Shown here: positions 36,681 to 46,007 of the stretch, one piece after another
Layout: the number at the start of each line of letters is the position of its first letter
How positions within the stretch are numbered: the first letter of the stretch is position 1
Origin: Minisyncoccota bacterium
GTDB lineage: Bacteria; Patescibacteriota; Minisyncoccia; Phycocordibacterales; UBA9973
Assembly: GCA_036517215.1 (NCBI GenBank)
Contig: DATDXF010000016.1
Coordinates: 3,175 to 67,174, forward strand
Reading direction: 5' to 3'
DNA: 64,000 nucleotides
The notes under the pieces: generated by a model
Seen by the model: only the letters and a program-made list of their open reading frames with translations
The model's database searches: none
Told to the model about the DNA's origin: nothing
Translations under genes and position numbers: made by a program

Positions 36681-37184
36681 TTGCGTGAACGAATAAACAA
36701 CCAAATACGGGCGAAGGAGGTTAGGGTTTTAGATAGTGAAAATAAAAATCTCGGTGTTTTAAGCATAAGAGATGCTCTGGAACTCGCACAGAGTAAGGAT
36801 TTGGATTTAATCGAAATATCCCCTAACAGCAACCCTCCGATCGCCAAGATAATGGATTTCGGAAAGTACCAGTACGAAGCCGCAAAGAAACTTAAAAAAG
36901 CCAAGGCCGGCTCCAATAAAACGGAAACGAAATCAATTCAGATAAAGATAGGCACCGGAGACCACGACCTGGAATTAAAAGCGAAAACTGCATCCAAGTG
37001 GATAAAGGAAGGGCACAGGATAAAAGTTGAACTTTTCTTGGCCGGCAGGGCGAAGTATATGGATGAAAAGTTTTTACGGGAAAGGTTGGATAGAGTTTTG
37101 CATTTGATTACCGAAAACTATAAAGTATCAGATACATATAAAAAAGGTCCGAAAGGTTTAACCATAACAATAGAGAAAAAATAA
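36681..37184 (+). CDS. infC: Translation initiation factor IF-3 (non-ATG start; TTG at 36681 or unusual start upstream)
   Basis: INNQIRAKEVRVLD...LDLIEISPNSNPPIAKIMDFGKYQYE IF-3 N- and C-domains; track ORF from 36549 overlaps the upstream gene. Confidence 0.75.
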   Translation: MRERINNQIRAKEVRVLDSENKNLGVLSIRDALELAQSKDLDLIEISPNSNPPIAKIMDFGKYQYEAAKKLKKAKAGSNKTETKSIQIKIGTGDHDLELKAKTASKWIKEGHRIKVELFLAGRAKYMDEKFLRERLDRVLHLITENYKVSDTYKKGPKGLTITIEKK

Positions 37185-37187
37185 AAC

Positions 37188-37257
37188 CTGTCCCGTACTA
37201 AATTTTTGATTACGGGACATAATGATAAAGATTATTAATTAAAATTTTAGTACTGGG
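37188..37257 (+). promoter_or_regulatory. Conserved ~70-nt leader upstream of rpmI: hairpin TGTCCCGTA-N13-TACGGGACA plus pre-start segment complementary to the 5' arm
   Basis: 70/74 nt identical to the minus-strand leader of rpsZ at 55262-55335. Confidence 0.55.
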
Positions 37258-37452
37258 ATGAAAGGAATGAAAACAAATAAATCGTTTAGCAAGAGACTGA
37301 AGCTTACAAAGAGCGGAAAGATTCTTTCCCGCAAGGCTGGCTTCAACCACTTCAACGCGAAACAATCAAGGAGCTCGCAGCTTGCCGGACGCAAGGGAGT
37401 CAGCTTTACCATCAAGAACAAGCCTAAGAGCCATCTATTACCCTTCAACTAA
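37258..37452 (+). CDS. rpmI: 50S ribosomal protein L35
   Basis: 64 aa, MKGMKTNKSFSKRLKLTKSGK. Confidence 0.85.
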   Translation: MKGMKTNKSFSKRLKLTKSGKILSRKAGFNHFNAKQSRSSQLAGRKGVSFTIKNKPKSHLLPFN

Positions 37453-37513
37453 AAGCTTTACTTTTAGTTCGGGCGAAAATTTATAAATTTTTTAGCCATT
37501 TAATTAAAACAAC

Positions 37514-37858
37514 ATGACAAGAGTAAAAAAGGGAGTACACGCGTTAAAAAGAAGGAGAAGCGTATTAAAACAAACGAAGGGCATGCGCCACGGCAGGAGC
37601 ACAAAGGAGCGCCAGGCAAAGGAAGCTCTCTTGCACGCCGGCAATTATTCTTTCGCCCACAGGAAGGATAAGAAATCACACAACCGCAAACTTTGGAATA
37701 TCAAGATAAACGCCGGAGCCCGCGAGCTTGGAATGTCTTACTCAAAGCTCATCGGAGCGCTGAAAAAGAAAAATATAGAGCTGGACCGAAAAATCCTTTC
37801 CGGCCTGGCCGAGCACAACCCTAAAACTTTCGCCAAAATACTGGAAACTGTAAAATAA
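37514..37858 (+). CDS. rplT: 50S ribosomal protein L20
   Basis: 114 aa, MTRVKKGVHALKRRR... L20 pattern. Confidence 0.9.
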   Translation: MTRVKKGVHALKRRRSVLKQTKGMRHGRSTKERQAKEALLHAGNYSFAHRKDKKSHNRKLWNIKINAGARELGMSYSKLIGALKKKNIELDRKILSGLAEHNPKTFAKILETVK

Positions 37859-37866
37859 TAAAAAAA

Positions 37867-37893
37867 CCCCGAGACAACCTCGGGGGTTTTTTT
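37867..37893. terminator. Rho-independent terminator CCCCGAG-ACAAC-CTCGGGG + T7 (A-run on other side; bidirectional)
   Basis: Seen directly after rplT stop and after the convergent minus-strand gene. Confidence 0.8.
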
Positions 37894-38512
37894 ATTGAGA
37901 GTCTGAGACAGACGGCTGGGTGATTTTATACTCAACTTTGTCTTTCCTGACGAGAGCTATTACCCCTTCTACCAGTTTTTTAGGATCGGGATCAATGACT
38001 ATTTTTGGATTTTCCCTGTGCCCTTTTTGCATGATATCTTTAAGTTCTCCGTCCATATCCCAAGGGCCTTCAAAAATACCTATGGGCTTTTTGTCTTCAA
38101 ATGCGACGGTAAACTCATGGATAGTGCCTATGCGGCCGCAGCCGCAGATAACGGCATCTGCGCTCCTGGTTAACAGCAAATCACGGCCGGGGTAGCCAAA
38201 GCCGGTGTATATAACCAAATCCATATAATCCAGCGGGAGTTTGTATACTTCCACGTGCTCGCGTTCGCTTGCGGCCGGAGAAATGCCTATGGAAATTCCG
38301 CCGGCTTCTTTCGCGCCCATGGCCGCCCAAAGAGGAAATCCGGTCGTGGCGCCGGTGACAAGCACCGCGCCCTGCTTTGCTATTTCCCGGCCGAGCTCTT
38401 TGGCGAGGTCTAGCGCCCCTAGGCCGCAATGTCCGGTTTCAGCGGCTCCAGATACACATATTTTTATTTGGTTGTGCCCGTGCTTGGGAGGAAAATTAAA
38501 TTCAGAATTCAT
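37892..38512 (-). CDS. LOG/TIGR00725-family Rossmann-fold protein (DprA/Smf-related family)
   Basis: Start corrected to MNSEFNFPP (ATG 38510-38512); KICVSGAAE...LVTGATTGFP...VICGCGRIGT; track extension to 38770 overlaps upstream gene. Confidence 0.6.
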   Translation of the reverse strand: MNSEFNFPPKHGHNQIKICVSGAAETGHCGLGALDLAKELGREIAKQGAVLVTGATTGFPLWAAMGAKEAGGISIGISPAASEREHVEVYKLPLDYMDLVIYTGFGYPGRDLLLTRSADAVICGCGRIGTIHEFTVAFEDKKPIGIFEGPWDMDGELKDIMQKGHRENPKIVIDPDPKKLVEGVIALVRKDKVEYKITQPSVSDSQ

Positions 38513-38543
38513 GAACCCTATTGTAGCATATCTTTCATCCAAA

Positions 38544-39908
38544 CTAAAAATCCAGCGTGACACTGCTTCCCTGTTCCGGAACATACGCTTCAATGCCCAG
38601 GTTGTCCCGAAGCTTTTGAGCCAAAAACATTTCTGATTTTGGTTCACCCATAACAACAAAAACTTTTTTAACCGTATCCTGCATATCTTCCACGAAGCCA
38701 AGCAATCCGTCGGAATCTTTGTGTCCGGAATATCCGAAAATCGTAACGATGTGGGCCCGAATTGGAACATCTTCCCCGGTTATTCGCACTGTTTTAAGCC
38801 CCTCTTGAATCAGGCGCCCCGGGGTGCCTACGGATTGATATCCCATAAGAAGCAGGGTGTTATTCGGATCCGGCAGGTAGTGCCTTTCGTGGTGCACAAT
38901 GCGCCCGCCCGTAGACATTCCGCTCCCGGCTATGACTATCTTTGGGTTAGGCACGCCAGCGATAAGCTTTGATTCTTCGGACTTAAGAGTATTGTGCATC
39001 CCGGGGAAATCAAAAAGATACTTGCCCGGAGATATGGCTTTTTGGGCGGTATCGTTAAAGTACTCTTTGTATTCCTTGAATACTTCCGTCAAACGTATGG
39101 CAAGTGGCGAATCAAAGAATATCGGCATTATGGGAATGCGATTTTCTTCCAAGAGCGAATCAAGCTCAAATAAAAGTTCCTGCGACCGTTCCAGAGAGAA
39201 AGTCGGGATTATCAGCGTGCCTTGCCTTTTATGGTTATCCTGAATAATCTCCGCCAGTATCTGCCTGCGGTCATCCCTGGATTCGTGGTTCCTGTCTCCA
39301 TACACGGACTCCATTACTAGGTAGTCCACATCCGTGATTTTTTCGGTGTCCGGCAAAAGAGGCGAAGGGCTATTTCCTAGGCCGCCGGTAAAAAGTATTT
39401 TCTTGCCGTTATAAACAAACTCGGTCATTGCCGAGCCGAGGATATGCCCGGCGTTAAAAAAAACAGCTTCTAGATTGTTCGTGATTTTTATATTTTGCTT
39501 GTACGGAAAACCTTTCCAGAGAGCCAGTGACAATTTTATATTTTCCAGGCTGTAAATTTCATCCAAGCCTAGCTCGGTATTTTTGCCAAGGATGCTCGCG
39601 GTATCCTCGAGCATGGGAAGAGCAAGCCCCTTTGTAGGTTCCGTGGAATAAATTTTACCGCGGAACCCTTCAGAGATTAATTTCGGCACTCTGCCCAAGT
39701 GATCCACGTGCGCATGGGATATAAAAAGAAAATCTATCTCCTTTGGGTCATACACAAACGGATTCCAGTTAACGTCATCAGCAAGTTTTTCCCCTTGTGT
39801 GAGCCCGCAGTCTATAAGTATTTTCTTCCCGTCAATTTCCAGAAGAAAATTCGCGCCCGTCACCGAGCCGGTTCCTCCGTAAAATGTTACTTTGGCAGTT
39901 TTTTCCAT
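38544..39908 (-). CDS. MBL-fold / beta-CASP ribonuclease (RNase J / CPSF-like)
   Basis: 454 aa; FISHAHVDHLGRVP metallo-beta-lactamase motif, beta-CASP region. Confidence 0.7.
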   Translation of the reverse strand: MEKTAKVTFYGGTGSVTGANFLLEIDGKKILIDCGLTQGEKLADDVNWNPFVYDPKEIDFLFISHAHVDHLGRVPKLISEGFRGKIYSTEPTKGLALPMLEDTASILGKNTELGLDEIYSLENIKLSLALWKGFPYKQNIKITNNLEAVFFNAGHILGSAMTEFVYNGKKILFTGGLGNSPSPLLPDTEKITDVDYLVMESVYGDRNHESRDDRRQILAEIIQDNHKRQGTLIIPTFSLERSQELLFELDSLLEENRIPIMPIFFDSPLAIRLTEVFKEYKEYFNDTAQKAISPGKYLFDFPGMHNTLKSEESKLIAGVPNPKIVIAGSGMSTGGRIVHHERHYLPDPNNTLLLMGYQSVGTPGRLIQEGLKTVRITGEDVPIRAHIVTIFGYSGHKDSDGLLGFVEDMQDTVKKVFVVMGEPKSEMFLAQKLRDNLGIEAYVPEQGSSVTLDF

Positions 39909-39911
39909 TAT

Positions 39912-40322
39912 CTAATTGGTTACTTGTTTATCCTCCGGCTTTCTTCCCTTAAAAAAATACAGCATCGAGCAAACCCCTCCGGCTAACCCAAGAAAAACAT
40001 CCGAAGTTGTATCTGAAACGCTGAAAGGAAAGCGCCCGATCATATTATTTACATAAAACTCGAAAGCTTCCCAGGAAAGAGCGATGAACAGCACGCATAA
40101 TATAACGTTAACGATAACTCTAGAAGACGGATTAAGCAGAGAAACCCTGCGGGCAAAAAGGTATATAAAAAAGCAGCCGACCCAAAATCCTCCCAAAAAG
40201 TGCAGAACCATGTCAAACCACCAGGTCGTATAGTCTAAGTACAGGCTGATGCCTACAAGGTATAGTACAAAAATAAAAAACATCAGGAATACTAGATGTT
40301 TTAAAAGCCTTTTACTGGTCAT
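39912..40322 (-). CDS. Small membrane protein (hypothetical, VanZ-like topology)
   Basis: 136 aa, 4 TM helices. Confidence 0.4.
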   Translation of the reverse strand: MTSKRLLKHLVFLMFFIFVLYLVGISLYLDYTTWWFDMVLHFLGGFWVGCFFIYLFARRVSLLNPSSRVIVNVILCVLFIALSWEAFEFYVNNMIGRFPFSVSDTTSDVFLGLAGGVCSMLYFFKGRKPEDKQVTN

Positions 40323-40588
40323 AATTATATTTTAGCACCAAAATGATCTTTTGTTAAGAAAAAATCCGCCACCTGAACATTTGGTGCGGAGTTCTTCTTA
40401 GGACTATCTCTGATGTATTACCGTAGCTTTTACGCTTAAGTGGGTGTTAGACGTGCGTAACCAAGGTTACACCCGATCGAAACTCCCATAAATTAGTGTT
40501 CTAGGTAATAATCGGAAATAACCCTATCTAAACTATACTCTCTTATAAAATTCCCGCAACATGGACAAAAAAAATTAGTGTTTCCGAA

Positions 40589-41188
40589 TTAGTTTGCGTT
40601 TAAAAGTGAAATTTTCTTCTTCAGGCTGGTAAGGGAAGAGTAATATTCCGTATGTATGCCGAAATTTTCCGCCCCGGTGATATTCTCCGCGTCATCATCC
40701 ACAAAAAGTATTTCGCTTTTTTTAAAACCGGGCAATTCGTCCCATATTTTGGAAAAAAAATTCTGGCTTGGTTTCTGGTGCCCCAAATGAGCGGAAGCAT
40801 ATGTCTTATCAAAGCTTTCCGCAAAACCCAGCTTGCCTAACATGTACTCAAAACGGTATTTTTCGTTGTTGGTTGCGAGGAAGCATAGAACGCCTTCTTG
40901 TCTTAATTCTTGAATATATCGAATCAATTCGGCGTCCAATTCGCTCTCAAGACCAAACCAGTAATCAAGAAGGGTGTCTACCCCTTTGTCCCAACCCCAC
41001 TCTTCTAAATACGGAGCAATGGTTTCTTTAAGATCTTTTTTGCCAATCAAGCATTCCTGGAAAGGACCCGTAAAAAATGGCAATGTTTTTTGGAGAGAAA
41101 TGTCGTGTTGTTCGGCGAGTGTTTTGCTGAATTTCCTCTTGGTCGGGATAAGCACTCCATCCGCGTCAAAAATAATTACCTTTAGCAT
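40589..41188 (-). CDS. HAD-superfamily hydrolase
   Basis: MLKVIIFDADGVLI motif I. Confidence 0.65.
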   Translation of the reverse strand: MLKVIIFDADGVLIPTKRKFSKTLAEQHDISLQKTLPFFTGPFQECLIGKKDLKETIAPYLEEWGWDKGVDTLLDYWFGLESELDAELIRYIQELRQEGVLCFLATNNEKYRFEYMLGKLGFAESFDKTYASAHLGHQKPSQNFFSKIWDELPGFKKSEILFVDDDAENITGAENFGIHTEYYSSLTSLKKKISLLNAN

Positions 41189-41191
41189 ATA

Positions 41192-41752
41192 TTATTTCAC
41201 TCCAAACTTTTTATAAACATCGTTTAGCATAATGTCGTATTTTTGGTTTACCAGCAAGTCTTCTTTTGCCACCCCGAGTGTTTCCAGCAGCCCGCACAAT
41301 TCGCTCTGTATCTTTTTTCTTTCTTCCGGATTTTCATTGGATACGATTTTTTCAGCCTCAATAAAATCTCCCAGGTCTTTTACATCGTCGAGAACTATTT
41401 CAACATCTCCAAGTTTTGTTTTTATTCTTCTCTTGTCGACAACTATTGTTTCTTTATATTTCAAAAGTTTTAAAATTTCCATCATTGTCTCTCCGTCCCC
41501 AACCTCAAGTTCTCTTTCTATGGAATCTTGCCTGCCGGACTGGGAGATTTTTAAAGTAAAAATAAAAATCCCGTTTTGGTTTCGTACCCGCAGCACAGGA
41601 GTAGTAATCGGAGGCGGAAAAGATACTCTGTCTGGAATAAAAATGTGGTCCACCTGATGGAGCTCTTCGCCAAAGAAACAGCCGAGACTTTGGAGTTTTT
41701 TTATTACCTCCTCCCTGTTCTTTAGGTACGCCTTGATTTCGACTTCATACAT
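41192..41752 (-). CDS. CYTH-domain protein (triphosphate tunnel metalloenzyme / CyaB-like)
   Basis: MYEVEIKAYL - ExExK signature at N-terminus, 186 aa. Confidence 0.6.
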   Translation of the reverse strand: MYEVEIKAYLKNREEVIKKLQSLGCFFGEELHQVDHIFIPDRVSFPPPITTPVLRVRNQNGIFIFTLKISQSGRQDSIERELEVGDGETMMEILKLLKYKETIVVDKRRIKTKLGDVEIVLDDVKDLGDFIEAEKIVSNENPEERKKIQSELCGLLETLGVAKEDLLVNQKYDIMLNDVYKKFGVK

Positions 41753-41765
41753 ATATTTTGGTTAA

Positions 41766-42860
41766 TTAAAGCCCCAGGGCTTTAACAAGTTGTTTTATAA
41801 GGCCAACTACTACGGGCGGAGCAAGCAAGCTATAAGAATCAGCTCCAGCATCGTCTTTGACCACCCAGGCTTCTTCGTCGATAGTTACTTTGCCTGTTGT
41901 TTCATCGTGCTTAAATAAGTATTTGGGAGTTATTTCGTAATCATCCACAATACCATCTTTTATGCTATTAACTGGTATTGCGTTTCTAAGCAGTATCTTG
42001 GGAATCCCATGCAAAGACATGACTTTCTTTATTAATTTGTCGTCCAATTCCAGGCGTTCGCGGATGCTTTCAATTCCCGCGCTGTCTCCTTCTTTGCCTA
42101 CCATGCGCGCGCCCTTGCAGTCGGCGTTGTCGCACTTAAGGAAAAATTGTTTTGTTTTTTCGTCATAACCCGCTTCTTTTGTCGGAAATGTAGTGAGATT
42201 TCTTGGAGACTGGCAGATAGGGCACACGACACGGTTGCGCATGCGTTCATCGAGAACTGATTCTGGAATATTTATTGCAACGAAAATATCCGGGTCCTCA
42301 CGATAATTTATCAAATCCCTAAAGTAAAGCGCGTATTGCACTTGGTCCAAGTCGCGAGGAAAGCCATCCAGGAAAACTGCCTTCTTCCCCATCTGGTCAA
42401 TAGCCCTTTTTACCAGCGCCATAATAAATTCCGTTGGAAGCAACGCTTTCTGGCTCTTTCCTATCAGAGCATCAATTGCTTCATCAATGGAAATATATCC
42501 TCTATAATTTTTTTCCATATATTCTACAATCTTCTGTCTCTCCGAAGGATCTTCAATAATTTTATGCGTTTCCCGGACCAAATCCCCCACCGATATATGC
42601 CCGATTTTATCCGCTCCGAAAATCTCTGCCATTAGTTTAGTGTATGTTCCTTTTCCAGAATTTTTCTTGCCCAGGAGGTAAGCTACAAACGTATTATTCT
42701 CAAAATATTTTTTAAGTTTAGCTATCTCGGCGCCGGCTTTTGCCTCAAAATATTCTTTGCGCTCGGCTTTATCGTTAAGGTCAAACTTAGCGGTAAGATT
42801 ATCTACTGTGGTTTTTATAACTGAGAATTCGGTTAATGGTCCTTTCATATTAAAATTCAA
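41766..42860 (-). CDS. Adenylate-kinase-family nucleoside monophosphate kinase with zinc LID (extended 364 aa form)
   Basis: P-loop LLGKKNSGKGTY, LID region with CPICQ...CDNADC. Confidence 0.5.
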   Translation of the reverse strand: MNFNMKGPLTEFSVIKTTVDNLTAKFDLNDKAERKEYFEAKAGAEIAKLKKYFENNTFVAYLLGKKNSGKGTYTKLMAEIFGADKIGHISVGDLVRETHKIIEDPSERQKIVEYMEKNYRGYISIDEAIDALIGKSQKALLPTEFIMALVKRAIDQMGKKAVFLDGFPRDLDQVQYALYFRDLINYREDPDIFVAINIPESVLDERMRNRVVCPICQSPRNLTTFPTKEAGYDEKTKQFFLKCDNADCKGARMVGKEGDSAGIESIRERLELDDKLIKKVMSLHGIPKILLRNAIPVNSIKDGIVDDYEITPKYLFKHDETTGKVTIDEEAWVVKDDAGADSYSLLAPPVVVGLIKQLVKALGL

Positions 42861-43118
42861 ATAAAAATGAGAGCTTGCGCTCTATTATTGTAATACTTGC
42901 ATTCTAGCAGAAAAATATCTCTTTGCAAAATTCACAATAACCCCCTTGAATAATTGCGAAAAAGAGTTATAATGATTTTCATTATGATGTGGGTAGTGGT
43001 TATTCTAATACTTTTGTTTGCGGGATGGATTTGGGGAGCCACCGGGATAATCTGGACCCTAGTGCTTTTTGTGGTGGTATTCTTTTTGTCTATTTTATAG
43101 ACTGTAAGAATAATTTTT

Positions 43119-45884
43119 TTATTCCATAGAGGTATATCGCGCCATGATTTCGGATTCTACTTCGGCGCGGTCGCGCCCGTATTTCGAATACGAAAGCTCC
43201 TTTAGAGTATCTACTATTTCAGGACTCCCTTTCTCGGGAGGCAAGGTTGTTAAATTAAACGGCTTGGTCGGTTGGCCGCGTACCAGCATATTCACATACG
43301 CATTGTAGTTATCCAGCTTGGTAATATCCTGAGCTGTAAATTGGGGTTTGAATTTGGGTTCTAAGAATGCGGCATCGTCGGTCCCGACCCGGAACACAGC
43401 CATAGAACCTACGTTTCCAAACACGGCATTTTTAATGTTTTCTTCCAGCTGAGTAATATACTGGTGCGCTATATTAAGGGACAAACGGTATTTACGCGCC
43501 TCGGATAAAATAGAGGCAATGGAATCCGTCGTAACGTTCTGGAACTCGTCAATATAAAGGTAAAAGTCATTCATAGGCTTGCCAAACATGTCCACCCGGG
43601 ACAGAGCTGCCATCTGTATCTTGCCCACCAGCACCAAGCCTATCAAATTCGCGTTTATGTCTCCCAGCCGTCCCTTGGAAAGGTTGACCAAAAGAATTTT
43701 TTTCTCATCCATAATTTTTCGGAAGTTGAAAACGGAATTTTGCTGCAGAACCACCGGACGCATTATGTCGTTTGAAATAAAATTATCGAATTTTGACGAA
43801 ATATAAGGCACAAAGTTGGCAAGCGACTGGTCCCCCGTCGTCTGCTCGGCTGAAACCCAAAACTGTTTTATGATTGGGTTCTTACAGCGGGCAAGTTTCA
43901 TATCTCTGAATTCTTTATCTCCTAGGACACGCGTAATCTCAAGTAGAGTGGAGCCTGACTCCGGGTCTTCCATCACCAGAAAAGCGCTGTTCCTGAAATA
44001 CTGCTCAAACATCGCTCCTCCACCTACCTTCATATCGAAAAGCTTATTAAATATGCCCATCATTTCGTTTACCACGAAAGTTTTCTGCTCCGGATATTTC
44101 GGGTCGTATTCAAGCATGTTGAGACCCATGGGGCGCGCGGTATAAGCGGGGTCAAAATATATTACATCATCTATGCGCTCTTTCGGAATGCGGGACAGAA
44201 TGGTCTGGATGTCTGTCCCGTGCGGGTCAATATAACAGCACCCGTCGCCGTTTTTAATATCTTGCGTTATCATGTTGAGCATGATGTTGGTTTTACCGGT
44301 GCCTGTCTGCCCTATCGCGTAAAAATGCCGCATGCGGTCTTCGCGGGCTATGCGTATTTCCGTATCCCGCCCGCGGTAACTGTTTATTCCGAGAAGCACG
44401 CCTTCGGTGCCCATCTCTATCGGCGCGGGAGCTATGCCCGCTTTTGCCTCCCTTAGCTGTGGCTGGCTGCCAATGCCGACAGGAAAATGAAAAACCGAAG
44501 CGAGCTCCTTTAGGTTAAGGGGTAGTATTTTTTCGGGAGAAAATGTTCGGTATGAAAAATCGTGAAAAAGTTTCTTCAGGTCCGCTCCGTGCGCTTGTTC
44601 AAAACGAAACGAGTTGCTGGCCGCTTCCGAAAACTGGTTGAACGAAGATTCTATTTCCCGTAATATTGCTTCGGCGCGTTCCTTGGTGCCGCCGGACGCG
44701 ATGACCCGTATATTAGCCTTCATAATGGTGCTTTTTATTTTATTGCCAATTTTTTCCGCCGCGCCTTCGTCCACCGCGCGCCTGCCCTTCATGTACTTTT
44801 CTTTTTTTTCTTCCTCTTTTTCCTTGTATCCGAAGATCAGCTCTTTCCCCGCCTTCAAAAAGGCTTTGTTGAACTTGTAAAAGTTATCCGCCGCGTGTTT
44901 TACGGAGATGCCGTCTTTGACGTCGTCCAATATCATGTGAAATTCGTTGATGAACTTTTCCCCGGCCGGAGCCACCACGATTTGTATTGCCGCGCCTTCG
45001 CCCGATGTCTGAAGTTTGGAAAAAACGTTCAATATAGGATTCATCGGGTCGTGTTCGATATTGTCGTAAGTCTTGATGGGCATCACCGAACGCTCGGTGA
45101 ACGCCGCGTAGGCTCCGACGGATCCGCCATTCTCGTTGAAGATGTTGTAGTCGTCCCTAACTTCACGGACTTTCGCATTATGGTAAAAAGCCAGGATTTG
45201 TTTTTCAAAAAGGGACAAATGTTTGTTCGGGATGGCCGCGTAAACCACGACTTCGTCGCTTTGGTTGCCGAGCGCCACTTCTAGGACAAAATAACTTTCG
45301 TTTTCGTTGTATTTTCCTTCCCCGATAGACTGCATCCCCGCGTAGAATTGCTCCATCGCTCCTATGAATTCCTTGAACCCTTTTGACTTATCCGCTTCGT
45401 CCGATGGCGGGGGCAGGGTAATTTCAAAAAGCGTCATATTAAAGGCTCTATATAAAGGTGTTCCCTCTTTTACGTCAGCTGTTGCCTGCCCTGTTTTCAG
45501 GTATTGAATGAGGATGCGGTGGAAATCATCTTCGACGTGCGGATTACCCATTGTCTCCACCACGGAAAGCGCGTTTCGGACGCCTTTGGTGATGACTATG
45601 CCAAGGAGTTCTTCCATTACTGTATCGTGCGGTTCGGGCTTCAGGGCGAGAACAATTCCTTCCGCTTCTTTTTGCCCGACAATGTTGTCTTTATGCACGA
45701 CATTTTCAGCTGGTATTTTCTTGTATTCGCCTATCACATCCCGCGTTGCGTTATCTTTCGCGTGCTCTATGTGGCCAATGCTGACCAGTTGCTCTTCCCT
45801 GGCTTTGACATGCGCGCGTAAATAATCAAGCTCATCTTCCGGGCTCTTGAACTTCGGCATCTTCTCAAAAAAGGTCGGTTCCAT
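43119..45884 (-). CDS. VirB4/TraC/HerA-like (DUF87) ATPase
   Basis: 921 aa; Walker A FYAIGQTGTGKT, Walker B YLYIDEFQ, arginine-finger region EARKYRLSLNIAHQ typical of DUF87/VirB4-family. Confidence 0.5.
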   Translation of the reverse strand: MEPTFFEKMPKFKSPEDELDYLRAHVKAREEQLVSIGHIEHAKDNATRDVIGEYKKIPAENVVHKDNIVGQKEAEGIVLALKPEPHDTVMEELLGIVITKGVRNALSVVETMGNPHVEDDFHRILIQYLKTGQATADVKEGTPLYRAFNMTLFEITLPPPSDEADKSKGFKEFIGAMEQFYAGMQSIGEGKYNENESYFVLEVALGNQSDEVVVYAAIPNKHLSLFEKQILAFYHNAKVREVRDDYNIFNENGGSVGAYAAFTERSVMPIKTYDNIEHDPMNPILNVFSKLQTSGEGAAIQIVVAPAGEKFINEFHMILDDVKDGISVKHAADNFYKFNKAFLKAGKELIFGYKEKEEEKKEKYMKGRRAVDEGAAEKIGNKIKSTIMKANIRVIASGGTKERAEAILREIESSFNQFSEAASNSFRFEQAHGADLKKLFHDFSYRTFSPEKILPLNLKELASVFHFPVGIGSQPQLREAKAGIAPAPIEMGTEGVLLGINSYRGRDTEIRIAREDRMRHFYAIGQTGTGKTNIMLNMITQDIKNGDGCCYIDPHGTDIQTILSRIPKERIDDVIYFDPAYTARPMGLNMLEYDPKYPEQKTFVVNEMMGIFNKLFDMKVGGGAMFEQYFRNSAFLVMEDPESGSTLLEITRVLGDKEFRDMKLARCKNPIIKQFWVSAEQTTGDQSLANFVPYISSKFDNFISNDIMRPVVLQQNSVFNFRKIMDEKKILLVNLSKGRLGDINANLIGLVLVGKIQMAALSRVDMFGKPMNDFYLYIDEFQNVTTDSIASILSEARKYRLSLNIAHQYITQLEENIKNAVFGNVGSMAVFRVGTDDAAFLEPKFKPQFTAQDITKLDNYNAYVNMLVRGQPTKPFNLTTLPPEKGSPEIVDTLKELSYSKYGRDRAEVESEIMARYTSME

Positions 45885-45909
45885 TCCCTTAATTATACAG
45901 CAAAATCTT

Positions 45910-46007
45910 AATTTGGGTAAATTACTTTTTTGAACGGTCTGGCCGAGCCCCTCGAGTTTGGGGCGAGGAAAACCGAGGACCTGAGAAAAAGTAATTTACC
46001 TAAATTT
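45910..46007. repeat. ~98-nt element: 21-nt imperfect inverted-repeat arms AATTT(G/A)GGTAAATTACTTTTT flanking a 56-nt GC-rich core; right arm overlaps map stop codon
   Basis: Seen directly; forms a long stem-loop between map and the DUF87 gene. Confidence 0.5.

Noticed and set aside
37892-38770. Full 292-aa track ORF as the gene
   Set aside because: N-terminal 86 residues overlap the 3' end of the upstream beta-CASP gene and look non-protein-like. Conserved domain starts at MNSEFNFPP.
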